A stretch of DNA of 64,000 nt, taken from assembly GCA_041659805.1 (NCBI GenBank), contig JBAZXP010000001.1, forward strand, positions 704,589 to 768,588, given 5' to 3'. Shown in pieces: positions 48,879 through 57,356 of the stretch (its first letter is position 1; each line of letters begins with the position of its first letter). Below the pieces are notes generated by a model. The model was not told the DNA's origin. It searched no databases and saw nothing but the letters and a program-made list of their open reading frames with translations. A program made the position numbers and the translations under genes. This stretch comes from Microgenomates group bacterium. GTDB taxonomy: Bacteria; Patescibacteriota; Microgenomatia; Daviesbacterales; UBA10151.

Positions 48879-49046
48879 ATGATAGATCCATTGTTAACAT
48901 CAAAATATGAAGATGAAATTCTAGACCTTATTGATAATCAAGATGAGTACACGAGAAGTGACTTACAGGGAATAGTTACTGTACTTGTTAATAAGATTAT
49001 GAATAGTGGTTACAAGATAATTAGCGATCAGAAAAGGACAGTATAA
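48879..49046 (+). CDS. 55-aa hypothetical protein (not in ORF track)
   Basis: SD AAGGAGGTG; MIDPLLTSKYEDEILDLIDNQDEYTRSDLQGIV... Confidence 0.65.
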   Translation: MIDPLLTSKYEDEILDLIDNQDEYTRSDLQGIVTVLVNKIMNSGYKIISDQKRTV

Positions 49047-49061
49047 AATATTACAGGTGGT

Positions 49062-49829
49062 TCAATCCACTTTTTTCCAAATATTTTGAGAGCTCTTACT
49101 AAATCGAATAGTGTCCTGTGTGGTAACAAATAAGGAAATCTCTTCAAAAGTTTTTGCAAGTTTTGCTTTGCCATAATGTGAGACAAAAGCTCTTCTTCTT
49201 TCGTTAGCCATAACAAAAAATATTGAAGGTGAAGGACTGTTGTTAGTACTTGCTTGCCAGCTACCATCTTGAAAATAGGTTAGATATTTTCTAACAGAAT
49301 ATCTTATTACACCTGTTTTGTCCCGATACTCATCAAACAATTCAAGAAAATATCTTTTAGTTACTCCATTGGTTTCAACTGCAATATATCCATCCAGATC
49401 TTTTGGTAAGTAATCAAAACTTTCTAAATCTTGTGGAGTGCAAAAAGCCATCTTAGACTTTTTATCTTTTTGGGATAAAAAGAATAAGTAAATATCAACC
49501 ATAAATAGACAATGTTCTTTGAAAACTTTTGTTAAGCTTTTTTCTTTGTAGATTCTATTTAAGAAATCCTCACTTACATTTTTGTTTTCTTTAAGAATAT
49601 GTCGTGACATAGAAGCAAGACAATAGATATAGGGCTTTGCAATATTTTTATAATCTACAACAGCGGTTATATATTTTTTCTTCCTTAAATCTTTGAGCCA
49701 TTCTTTTATTCGTTTTGAGTCTTTGTGTTTGAAGTGTTTTTGTAGTTGTGATGTTGTAGTAAAGCGGAATTTGAGAAGAAAGAGAATTATTTGTTTTTGT
49801 GATTTAGTAATTGGTGGTAATGTTTTCAT
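49062..49829 (-). CDS. replication-relaxation (Replic_Relax) family protein
   Basis: N-terminal wHTH (FRFTTTSQL), H...VDIYL, LDGYI...YFLE; downstream of T4CP. Confidence 0.7.
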   Translation of the reverse strand: MKTLPPITKSQKQIILFLLKFRFTTTSQLQKHFKHKDSKRIKEWLKDLRKKKYITAVVDYKNIAKPYIYCLASMSRHILKENKNVSEDFLNRIYKEKSLTKVFKEHCLFMVDIYLFFLSQKDKKSKMAFCTPQDLESFDYLPKDLDGYIAVETNGVTKRYFLELFDEYRDKTGVIRYSVRKYLTYFQDGSWQASTNNSPSPSIFFVMANERRRAFVSHYGKAKLAKTFEEISLFVTTQDTIRFSKSSQNIWKKVD

Positions 49830-50001
49830 ATAGTTAGTTAATGTTTTGGAGCAGAAGGTTTGAGCAGAGGTTAGGTTTATATACCTTGTTTTGGATTATA
49901 TTACATCCCCTTATATTTATATAAGTATAAAGAGTCTGTGTTTTTTCTTGGTTTAGCTTCATTATTATACTTATTTCTGTCCCTACGCGTGGGGACAATT
50001 T

Positions 50002-52539
50002 CTAGAAGCCTGTACCTTCAGGAAATAGTACACCATCTGATTTATTTATCTGATTTACTGACTTTGTTTCTTTTACCTCAGTAACTTGATTATTAAATTT
50101 TTGATACTTTATTGCCCAATTTTTCCGTGAACTTTCAATTAACTTTTCTATTTTTTTATCATCTTTTTTCAAGGGCGTATAAATTGTTTCACCGGAAAAT
50201 GGTTCTTCCGGTTCAAGGGCTGAAACTTTAATATAAAAGTTATATTTAGGTAAGTTAGATATCTCTCCTTTATCAACATAAGGTGCAAACTGATTAAGCA
50301 TTAATTCTTCATCAACGTAATTTGCAGTTCTAAAACAGACTACAGTTGTAACATTGGCTAAGATTACATTAACAATATTTCTATCATCCTGTTGGGAAGT
50401 TGACTGCTCAGCAAGAGTAACTCTTAATTTATATTTTCTTCCTTCCGATAACATCTTGGTAAAGGAATGAGTAGCAAAATTTTGAAACTCATCAACATAT
50501 AAGTAAAATGGTTTTCTTTTATTCTCAGGAATATTAGATCTCTTTAGTGCTGCTTGTTGGATTTTAGTCATAATAGTTATACCTAAAAGCCTGGAAGTAT
50601 CTTCACCAAGTTTTCCTTGAGAAAGATTACAGATAATAATCTTCCCTGAGTCCATAAGTTCATCAAAATTAATAGTAGATTTTGGTTGTTCTAAAATTCT
50701 TTTAGCAGTGGGAGAAAAAAGAAATCTTCCAATCTTGGCAGTAACACCACCTGTCATTTTAACTACCTGATAATCTCCGGCTCTACCAAATTCAAATTTC
50801 CAGAAGTTCTTTAAGTTTTCATCTTTTAATTTGGCGATAACTTGTTTTTGAAAAGGAGGATTATTTAGGAGATCGTAAATTGTAAATATTGTTCTATTTT
50901 CAACTGTAAAAGCAGTATAGATAGCATTCCTTAAAATATATTCAATTCTGTGGGCATTAGTATTTTCTTCTTTGGAAAAGACCTTTCTAAATAAAGAAAT
51001 AACACCTTCTGCAACAACTTCTTTTTCTAGTTCTGCTTCATCCTCATCTAAGCCGGGAGTAAGTTCAAGGATATTAATACCAATCGGGTATTTTAAATCA
51101 ATTGGATTAATAAAAACCAAATCATTCAATCTATTTTCAGGAATAATGGAAATTAAATCATCTGCTGCATCTCCATGAGGATCAAGAAACGCCATACCTC
51201 TTCCTTGTTCAATATCGTGTTTTGCCATGGAAAACATCATGGTAGTTTTACCTGATCCTGTTCTTCCTATAATATACATATGAGTTTCCCTTTCTTCTTC
51301 TGTTAAACCAATATCAGTGATAGTTCCTCCATAATTATTTCTGCCAAAAACAACATCATATTTATTTCCTTTCTTAAGAGACAGCGGAGCAGGTAGAGTT
51401 TTACTGTGGGATTTAACCAGGTTTTCAGTATTCGTCATGCTGGTAAAGGGGAAATGATAAATATCAGAAATTTCAGAGATAGAGAGTATTGAAGTTTTGG
51501 TAAGTGATAATATTCTTTTCTTAAAAGAAAAAAACAAGTAATCTTTTACTTTATTAACACTTAAAAATCTTTTGGTTACTAATGACTGATAACCAGTTGA
51601 TGAAAAGGTTGAAAAAGAGGACTTAAAACCCTGTACTCTTTCAGATAAATCATCTTTTTCCTTAAAAGCCATCAGAAGTCTTATTGTTGTTTTAAATAAA
51701 GGCTGGTTAATTTTTGAATCTATTGAGTTTACTATTTCTATCTCAGATAAAGATTTTATTTTAGGTGCCAGGTGTGCAGGGTAAAAGAGCCATTTTAATA
51801 TTCCCGGAGTTTTTAAATGTTTAATAACATCACCATTAGCTGAAATAAGTTTTGAAATATTTTTTGTTCCTTTATTTCCTGTTGCTGACACAACAATCTG
51901 CAGAGATATCAATTCACCATGTGCAAGTTTTGTCATTTGTCCGGTTAAGTAAGCAATCGGATCATGTTTATCTAACTCAGCTTGTCTTTTAAGAGAGAAA
52001 GCAAAATGTTTGGAAAGTTTAAACTCCATGATTTTGTAAAAAGATTTATTTAAAACATCCGTATTCCCGGGTAAGTACTCATTAACTGTTTTAACTCTTA
52101 AATTAGGAAGGTATGCCATTAAACTTTTCTTCAGGGTATTTACTTGTTTTGGAGAAGTCCTTATTAAATATCTAATTCCCTCATTTTTAGAGGAAACTAT
52201 CTCCAAAGAAAATCTTGATTGATTGCCCAATAATCTATCTTTAAATGACTTTTGGTTCCCCAGAGCATGAATAATAGAAAAGAGTTGATCAGTAGTGTAT
52301 GACTGCTTTTCTGTAAAAGAGGGGGGTGTTAATTCCAGCAACATAGAAGGCTCTTTTAATAAGTTCCTAAGAGCTAAAACTTTACGGATTACTATTAATA
52401 GAAAGGCAGATAGAATAAAGATGATACCTGGAGCAACTAAGTTTTGAACGGAATTTAGAGCATTATCTTGTGGCTTATGAAAATTTGAAGCAAATTGGTT
52501 AAGTAAATATCCAAACTCTAATTTATGTATGTCAATCAT
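50002..52539 (-). CDS. type IV coupling protein (VirD4/TraD-like ATPase)
   Basis: HMYIIGRTGSGKT, FLDPHGD, YLYVDEFQNF, SEGRKY. Confidence 0.85.
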   Translation of the reverse strand: MIDIHKLEFGYLLNQFASNFHKPQDNALNSVQNLVAPGIIFILSAFLLIVIRKVLALRNLLKEPSMLLELTPPSFTEKQSYTTDQLFSIIHALGNQKSFKDRLLGNQSRFSLEIVSSKNEGIRYLIRTSPKQVNTLKKSLMAYLPNLRVKTVNEYLPGNTDVLNKSFYKIMEFKLSKHFAFSLKRQAELDKHDPIAYLTGQMTKLAHGELISLQIVVSATGNKGTKNISKLISANGDVIKHLKTPGILKWLFYPAHLAPKIKSLSEIEIVNSIDSKINQPLFKTTIRLLMAFKEKDDLSERVQGFKSSFSTFSSTGYQSLVTKRFLSVNKVKDYLFFSFKKRILSLTKTSILSISEISDIYHFPFTSMTNTENLVKSHSKTLPAPLSLKKGNKYDVVFGRNNYGGTITDIGLTEEERETHMYIIGRTGSGKTTMMFSMAKHDIEQGRGMAFLDPHGDAADDLISIIPENRLNDLVFINPIDLKYPIGINILELTPGLDEDEAELEKEVVAEGVISLFRKVFSKEENTNAHRIEYILRNAIYTAFTVENRTIFTIYDLLNNPPFQKQVIAKLKDENLKNFWKFEFGRAGDYQVVKMTGGVTAKIGRFLFSPTAKRILEQPKSTINFDELMDSGKIIICNLSQGKLGEDTSRLLGITIMTKIQQAALKRSNIPENKRKPFYLYVDEFQNFATHSFTKMLSEGRKYKLRVTLAEQSTSQQDDRNIVNVILANVTTVVCFRTANYVDEELMLNQFAPYVDKGEISNLPKYNFYIKVSALEPEEPFSGETIYTPLKKDDKKIEKLIESSRKNWAIKYQKFNNQVTEVKETKSVNQINKSDGVLFPEGTGF

Positions 52540-52613
52540 TCTTGCCCTTTCAGGCAGAAACTATAACAGAGTATATCACATTTATTCTATTCTTTTTGAG
52601 CTTATTTGACTGC

Positions 52614-52660
52614 TTGACAACTATCGAGATGTAGATATATACTATCTATATCTCGATAGT
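52614..52660 (+). promoter_or_regulatory. promoter of the recombinase operon embedded in an 18-bp inverted repeat
   Basis: TTGACA 52614-19; actatcgagatgtagata-tatac-tatctatatctcgatagt (17/18) with TATACT at the loop. Confidence 0.7.
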
Positions 52661-52675
52661 ATATTAAAGCTAAAT

Positions 52676-53011
52676 ATGGAAACTGAACTACAATTATTCG
52701 ATCCTAGAGGATTAAATTCTACCTTAATAAAACAACCTGATATTAAAGAGGGTAGTTTAGTTTCACCTCTCCATAATTCTCAAAAATCTCTTGAAGAAAG
52801 TCTTAATACGTTATTCCCCACCTATAAGGAAGAAACAAAGCTTCAAAAAGCCAAAAGAGTGTTGGGAGGAGAAATAGTCTCTGAGGTTACTGATGAGCAA
52901 CTTGAAATATTTTTAACCGAGGTTCAATTTCTTTTGGACAGTTGGCTTGATAGTTTTGAAAGGACAATATTTGACGGACTAACACTAAAGCAGATTTTGA
53001 AGGGGGAATAA
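52676..53011 (+). CDS. acidic hypothetical protein upstream of the recombinase
   Basis: 111 aa; WLDSFERTIFDGLTL; carries SD for the LSR. Confidence 0.75.
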   Translation: METELQLFDPRGLNSTLIKQPDIKEGSLVSPLHNSQKSLEESLNTLFPTYKEETKLQKAKRVLGGEIVSEVTDEQLEIFLTEVQFLLDSWLDSFERTIFDGLTLKQILKGE

Positions 53012-53013
53012 AT

Positions 53014-54612
53014 ATGAATCAGATCGGTTTTAACAATAAAAAAGAGATTAAAAAAGCAGTTGTATATGTTAGGGTGTCGACAGAAGAACAAGTCGAAAAC
53101 TACTCATTAGATAATCAGGTAGGTACTTGTTCTAGGGAAGCTGAACGCCGCGGGATAGAAATTGTTCAAACCTTCAGAGAAGAGGGTAGATCAGCGAAAA
53201 ATATTATGGGTAGACCAGTTCTGATTGAAATGTTGGAGTTCTGCCGGAAGAATAAAAGAGAAATCGACGCTCTTATGGTTTACAGACTAGACCGCCTTTC
53301 CCGCTCTACCGCCGATTATTTAGCAATTAGAAAGAAACTTTTAGAGTTTGAGATAACCCTGATTTCTACGTCTGAACCTACAGGAGACAGTCCAACTGAA
53401 AAGTTTGTTGAAACAATGTTGGCTGGCTTTGCTCAAATGGATAATGATGTCAGAGGTGAACGCAGTAGAAATGGTCTAAGAGCAAGATTTTTAGCCGGAC
53501 TTAACACAGGATTTGCTCCCTTAGGATATTTAAATCAAAGCGGGTATGTTACTAAAGATCCTAATGCTTGGGATAAAGTTAAGGAAGCATGGGAGTTAAT
53601 GGGTTCAGGAACAACCACGCTACGGCAAATGGCTGAAATTATGAATAAGTGGGGAATAAAAGAAAGGCATAGGGGTAAGGAGTATCAAATTAGACAACAA
53701 ACAATTAATAGAATCTTCAGAAATAAATTCTATACAGGAGTAATAGTTTCTAAAAAGTATGGTCATGAGGTACAAGGACAACATCCACCTATGATTAAAA
53801 ATGAGTTATTTTACCGCGTGCAGGCTGTTTTAGACGGTAGAAACACTAATATTAATGTGGCTTTATCCAGAAGGAACTATGATAATCCCGACTTTCCTTT
53901 AAGGAGGATCGTAAAGTGTCAGCGATGTGGAACTGCATTCAGCGGAGCCTGGAGTAAGGGGAAAAATGCACGTTATGCCTATTATTTTTGCAAGCAAAGA
54001 TGTGGTGGTTCGTCAGTTCCAATACAAACACTAAACGACGCCATGGTTGAGCTACTTAAAAAAATCACTGTCAAATCTCAAACATTAGATCTTGTGGTTG
54101 CCTATATGAGAAAAACCTACTATCAAAGGGTAGCTACTTTACAAAAAAGAAGAGCAGAAGCAGATACAGAGCTTAAAAAATGTTATGAACTGCGTCAAGC
54201 ACTTATAGAAAAGAATTTAAAAGGAATATACTCTGATGATATTTTCAGAGATCAAAATAGACTCATTGAGGAAAAAGTCAAAGATATCGAAGCGACCAAG
54301 GACGAAGCCCTAATTGATAAATATAATATGGAAGCAATCACTAAGTTTATTAAGGATAAGTTTGAAAACCTAGCTGAAACCTATATTCAATCAGATCTTG
54401 AGCAAAAAAGGGTTCTCTTGTGTTCGACTATGCCCCTTGGAGCACTTTGGAACTATCCAGGTCTGGCGAACACCAAGATTAGCCCTTACTATCAAGCTAT
54501 TCTTGACATAGAGAACCCAAGCGACTCACTTGGTGCGCCCAGAGGGATTCGAACCCCCGACCTCGACGTTAGAACCGTCTTGCTCTATCCACTGAGCTAT
54601 GGGCGCAGATAA
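53014..54612 (+). CDS. large serine recombinase (integrase)
   Basis: YVRVSTEEQ, YRLDRLSR, PLGY, HPPMI...VQ, CQRCG...YYFC zinc ribbon, coiled coil; C-terminus overlaps antisense tRNA. Confidence 0.93.
   Translation: MNQIGFNNKKEIKKAVVYVRVSTEEQVENYSLDNQVGTCSREAERRGIEIVQTFREEGRSAKNIMGRPVLIEMLEFCRKNKREIDALMVYRLDRLSRSTADYLAIRKKLLEFEITLISTSEPTGDSPTEKFVETMLAGFAQMDNDVRGERSRNGLRARFLAGLNTGFAPLGYLNQSGYVTKDPNAWDKVKEAWELMGSGTTTLRQMAEIMNKWGIKERHRGKEYQIRQQTINRIFRNKFYTGVIVSKKYGHEVQGQHPPMIKNELFYRVQAVLDGRNTNINVALSRRNYDNPDFPLRRIVKCQRCGTAFSGAWSKGKNARYAYYFCKQRCGGSSVPIQTLNDAMVELLKKITVKSQTLDLVVAYMRKTYYQRVATLQKRRAEADTELKKCYELRQALIEKNLKGIYSDDIFRDQNRLIEEKVKDIEATKDEALIDKYNMEAITKFIKDKFENLAETYIQSDLEQKRVLLCSTMPLGALWNYPGLANTKISPYYQAILDIENPSDSLGAPRGIRTPDLDVRTVLLYPLSYGRR
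54531..54606 (-). tRNA. tRNA-Arg(TCT), ICE target
   Basis: GCGCCCATAGCTCAGTGGATAGAGC...GTTCTAA...GTTCGAATCC...GGGCGCACCA. Confidence 0.93.
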
Positions 54613-54645
54613 GGTATTTTACCAAATTTTGGGTTCAAGAGCCAG

Positions 54646-55593
54646 TTATTCGGCAGAAAAGAATTCTATTGTCTTTTTAAGACCTTCTTCCAAATTTATT
54701 TTAGGTTTCCAGCCAAGCAAATTTTTAGCCTTTGTTATATCGGGACATCTTTGTAGTGGATCATCCTCTGGTAATTTTTCCTTAATTTCCTTTGAAGTTG
54801 CTTTGGTTAGTTTAATAATCAAATCTGCCAGTTCTAGGATTGTAAACTCATTAGGATTACCTAGATTAATTACTTCATTTTTAGTGTTTTCCTTTGTCAT
54901 GCTCAGAAATATTCCTTCAATTAAATCTGAAACATAACAAAAAGACCTTGTTTGAGTTCCATCTCCAAAAATAGGTAGAGGTTGGTTTGCAAAAGAAGCT
55001 TTAATAAATTCAGTCACAACCCGCCCATCATCTATGGACATATTTGGTCCATACGTATTAAATATTCTAATAATTCTGCCATCTAAGCCTTTTGATCTGA
55101 TAAAGGCTGAGGTGATTGTTTCACCAAACCTCTTTGCTTCATCATAAACAGCTCTGGGGCCTGTGGTAGATACATTTCCTCTGTAAGTTTCTTTTTGAGG
55201 ATGTTCCAGAGGGTCACCATAAGTTTCAGAAGTAGAAGCAAATAAAAATTTAGCTTTGTTTTTTACAGCTAATTCACACAGATTCCATGTTCCTGTGGTG
55301 TTTGCCAACATTGTTTCAAAAGCCAGGGTATGATAGCCTTTTGGGCTGTGGATATTCGGTGAAGCAGGGGAGGCTAGATGATAAATTTCATCAGCTGTGA
55401 GTTCTTCTGGAAGTTTATTAGTTATGTCATATCTGAGAAATCTAAAACCAGGTTTACCTTCAAATTTTTCTATGTTTGAGCCATCACTGGTTAGTAAATT
55501 ATCAATACATAAAACTTCATAGCCTTTTGTGAGTAAATATTCACAAAGATGTGAACCTAAAAAACCAGCTCCTCCTGTTACAATTGCTTTCAT
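54646..55593 (-). CDS. UDP-glucuronate decarboxylase-like NAD-dependent epimerase/dehydratase
   Basis: TGGAGFLGSH, HLASPASP, STSETYGDP, YDEAKR, RIFNTYGP. Confidence 0.9.
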   Translation of the reverse strand: MKAIVTGGAGFLGSHLCEYLLTKGYEVLCIDNLLTSDGSNIEKFEGKPGFRFLRYDITNKLPEELTADEIYHLASPASPNIHSPKGYHTLAFETMLANTTGTWNLCELAVKNKAKFLFASTSETYGDPLEHPQKETYRGNVSTTGPRAVYDEAKRFGETITSAFIRSKGLDGRIIRIFNTYGPNMSIDDGRVVTEFIKASFANQPLPIFGDGTQTRSFCYVSDLIEGIFLSMTKENTKNEVINLGNPNEFTILELADLIIKLTKATSKEIKEKLPEDDPLQRCPDITKAKNLLGWKPKINLEEGLKKTIEFFSAE

Positions 55594-55991
55594 AGATTTT
55601 CCTTAATTTTTTCCGCATTAGCTTTTATCTCTTCAGCTGGAGTATTAGGTTTTTGTCGGTCAAATGTTAAATCATGTCCGCCATCCATTGGGATTAGGTG
55701 TATGTGGGTATGAGCAACTCCATCACCTGATACCATTACACCAACTTTGCCGAGTTTTGGTTTAAAAGCTTTTTTGATAGCAGCAGCAATAGGTTTACAG
55801 ACAACCATAAGCTCACCTAAGTCTTTATCATCTAGATCAAAAAAATAATCAGTATGTTTTTTGGGAATTACCAAAGTATGCCCAGGGTTTATTGGAGCAA
55901 TACTTAAAAAAGCCAGATAATTTTCATCTTCCCAAACTTTTACTGCAGGTATTTCTCCTTTAATTATTTTACAAAATACACAATCTTCCAT
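55590..55991 (-). CDS. HIT family protein
   Basis: DCVFCKI, GHTLVIPK, HTHIHLIP. Confidence 0.93.
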   Translation of the reverse strand: MEDCVFCKIIKGEIPAVKVWEDENYLAFLSIAPINPGHTLVIPKKHTDYFFDLDDKDLGELMVVCKPIAAAIKKAFKPKLGKVGVMVSGDGVAHTHIHLIPMDGGHDLTFDRQKPNTPAEEIKANAEKIKENL

Positions 55992-56038
55992 TGATTTTAA
56001 TATAACAAATGCTGGATTTTTATTAAACGGTTAGATTA

Positions 56039-56797
56039 TTAATAGGCTCTTCTGTTATTTGGGTTCTGAAGGAACTCATAAGCATTATTTAAAGCAGCCA
56101 TTGCGGCTGTATTACCACCGGTATCAGGGTGGTGTACACGGGAGTAAGCACGGAATAAAGATGTGAGCAGCATTTGAAATTTATCTTCGGGTAAGCTTTT
56201 AGCCACTGCCGGGTCAATACCCAAGGCTTTATAATAACCTTTTGGATCAGATGCGTCTCTGGAATAATCTCTTCCTGGAATACCTGAGGGGCGCCCGAAG
56301 ACGCTTGCCGTAAGTCTACCGCGCAATTCCAAAATTGTCCTATCTAACTCTCTATTCATGGCTGAAAGTTGTGCATTTTGAAATTGTAAGTTTTGGACGA
56401 CTACTCTACTAGTCGATAAATCAATTTTCAAAGCAGTATTCATGTTTCTTAGCTGGTAGTTTTCAGCAGCCATACTGTCTCTTTGTCTTCTTAAATTAAA
56501 AGTTTCTTCTTCCAAATCATGAATTCTTTGAGATGATTTATCAGATTCTCTTGCTGAAGATAGATTTGGTGGATTCGGATTCACGAAGTCTTTAAGTATA
56601 TCAAAGAATGATGGACGCTTACTTTGTATGATAGGTTCTTCTTTTTTATATATATTTCTTTTACTGAACAGTGGGCTGTTCAGATCTGAATTATAAAATT
56701 TCGAAGATCGCATATTCAGAAGAGAATCCATCATTTTTCTAAAATTCTCTTCGTTAGGATCAAATTTATTTCTAGGATCGTTTTCTGGTGTTGACAT
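56039..56797 (-). CDS. coiled-coil protein with C-terminal J domain
   Basis: DPKGYYKALG...HHPDTGG...LNNAYEFL.NP..R..Y. Confidence 0.75.
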   Translation of the reverse strand: MSTPENDPRNKFDPNEENFRKMMDSLLNMRSSKFYNSDLNSPLFSKRNIYKKEEPIIQSKRPSFFDILKDFVNPNPPNLSSARESDKSSQRIHDLEEETFNLRRQRDSMAAENYQLRNMNTALKIDLSTSRVVVQNLQFQNAQLSAMNRELDRTILELRGRLTASVFGRPSGIPGRDYSRDASDPKGYYKALGIDPAVAKSLPEDKFQMLLTSLFRAYSRVHHPDTGGNTAAMAALNNAYEFLQNPNNRRAY

Positions 56798-56844
56798 AAA
56801 AAGAATTATATAAAACTTTTAGCTGTATGTCAAACTATAGGTTG

Positions 56845-56916
56845 TCGGGGTGACAGGAATTGAACCTGCTACATCTGCGTCCCAAACGCAGCGTTCTACC
56901 GATGAACTACACCCCG
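56845..56916 (-). tRNA. tRNA-Pro(TGG)
   Basis: CGGGGTG...CTGCG-TTTGGGA-CGCAG...GGTTCAATTCC...CACCCCGA. Confidence 0.93.
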
Positions 56917-57161
56917 TAATTATCTAAAATCAGCCTTTTTAATTTACAGCCAACCCCAGATTTTAAAAAACTTTCTCTACCCAATGCATCAGCCTTGCAA
57001 AAATACGACTCGTAATATATTAACTTAAAGGGTTTATGTTTACTGGTCCAAAGATTAGATCCAATATTATGCTCTTCAAGTCTACGACCCACGTCTTTAG
57101 ATGTAAATCCTACATAGGATTTATCACTTAATCTACTTTTTAGTATGTATACAAAATACAT
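56907..57161 (-). CDS. GIY-YIG nuclease family protein; stop inside tRNA-Pro
   Basis: MYFVYILKS...YVGFT...RLEEHN.G...A..RE.FLKSG.G. Confidence 0.9.
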   Translation of the reverse strand: MYFVYILKSRLSDKSYVGFTSKDVGRRLEEHNIGSNLWTSKHKPFKLIYYESYFCKADALGRESFLKSGVGCKLKRLILDNYGV

Positions 57162-57164
57162 AGT

Positions 57165-57253
57165 AGCGTATTCTACCGATGTCACCCAGAGGGTGATCGT
57201 CCTCTGGACGAAACTACACCCCGCCTTCGCTAAAGCTCCGGCGGGCAAGCCCG
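57165..57253 (-). repeat. duplicated tRNA-Pro 5' segment with REP-like hairpins
   Basis: CGGGGTGTAGTT[30-nt double hairpin]CATCGGTAGAA; CCCGCCGGAGCTTTAGCGAAGGCGGG upstream. Confidence 0.8.
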
Positions 57254-57275
57254 TTTATGGAAACTTTATCATAAG

Positions 57276-57356
57276 TGCTGGTGAAGGGACTCGAACCCTT
57301 ATGCTTTTAGGCACACGCTCTTAAGGCGCGCGTGTATACCATTCCACCACACCAGC
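57276..57356 (-). tRNA. tRNA-Leu(TAA)
   Basis: GCTGGTG...CGCGC-CTTAAGA-GCGTG, long variable arm, GGTTCGAGTCC. Confidence 0.93.

Larger units (their letters stand above)
23361..54536. mobile_element. ~31-kb integrative conjugative element in tRNA-Arg(TCT)
   Basis: shared core GTGC at 23361-23364 and 54533-54536, each followed by ATTCGAAC; LSR, T4CP, VirB4, VirB6-like, pilin and Replic_Relax-like genes inside. Confidence 0.85.

Noticed and set aside
26865-52560. CTGCC in leaders of the M23, pilin and T4CP genes
   Set aside because: Too short and variably spaced to separate from chance.
57176-57223. Hammerhead ribozyme-like GTGATCGTCCTCTGGACGAAAC
   Set aside because: Lacks the CUGANGA core and stems I/III; explained by a hairpin inserted in a tRNA fragment.
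57162-57248. N-terminal extension of the GIY-YIG ORF
   Set aside because: Read-through of hairpin and tRNA fragment; the family starts at MYFVY (57161).
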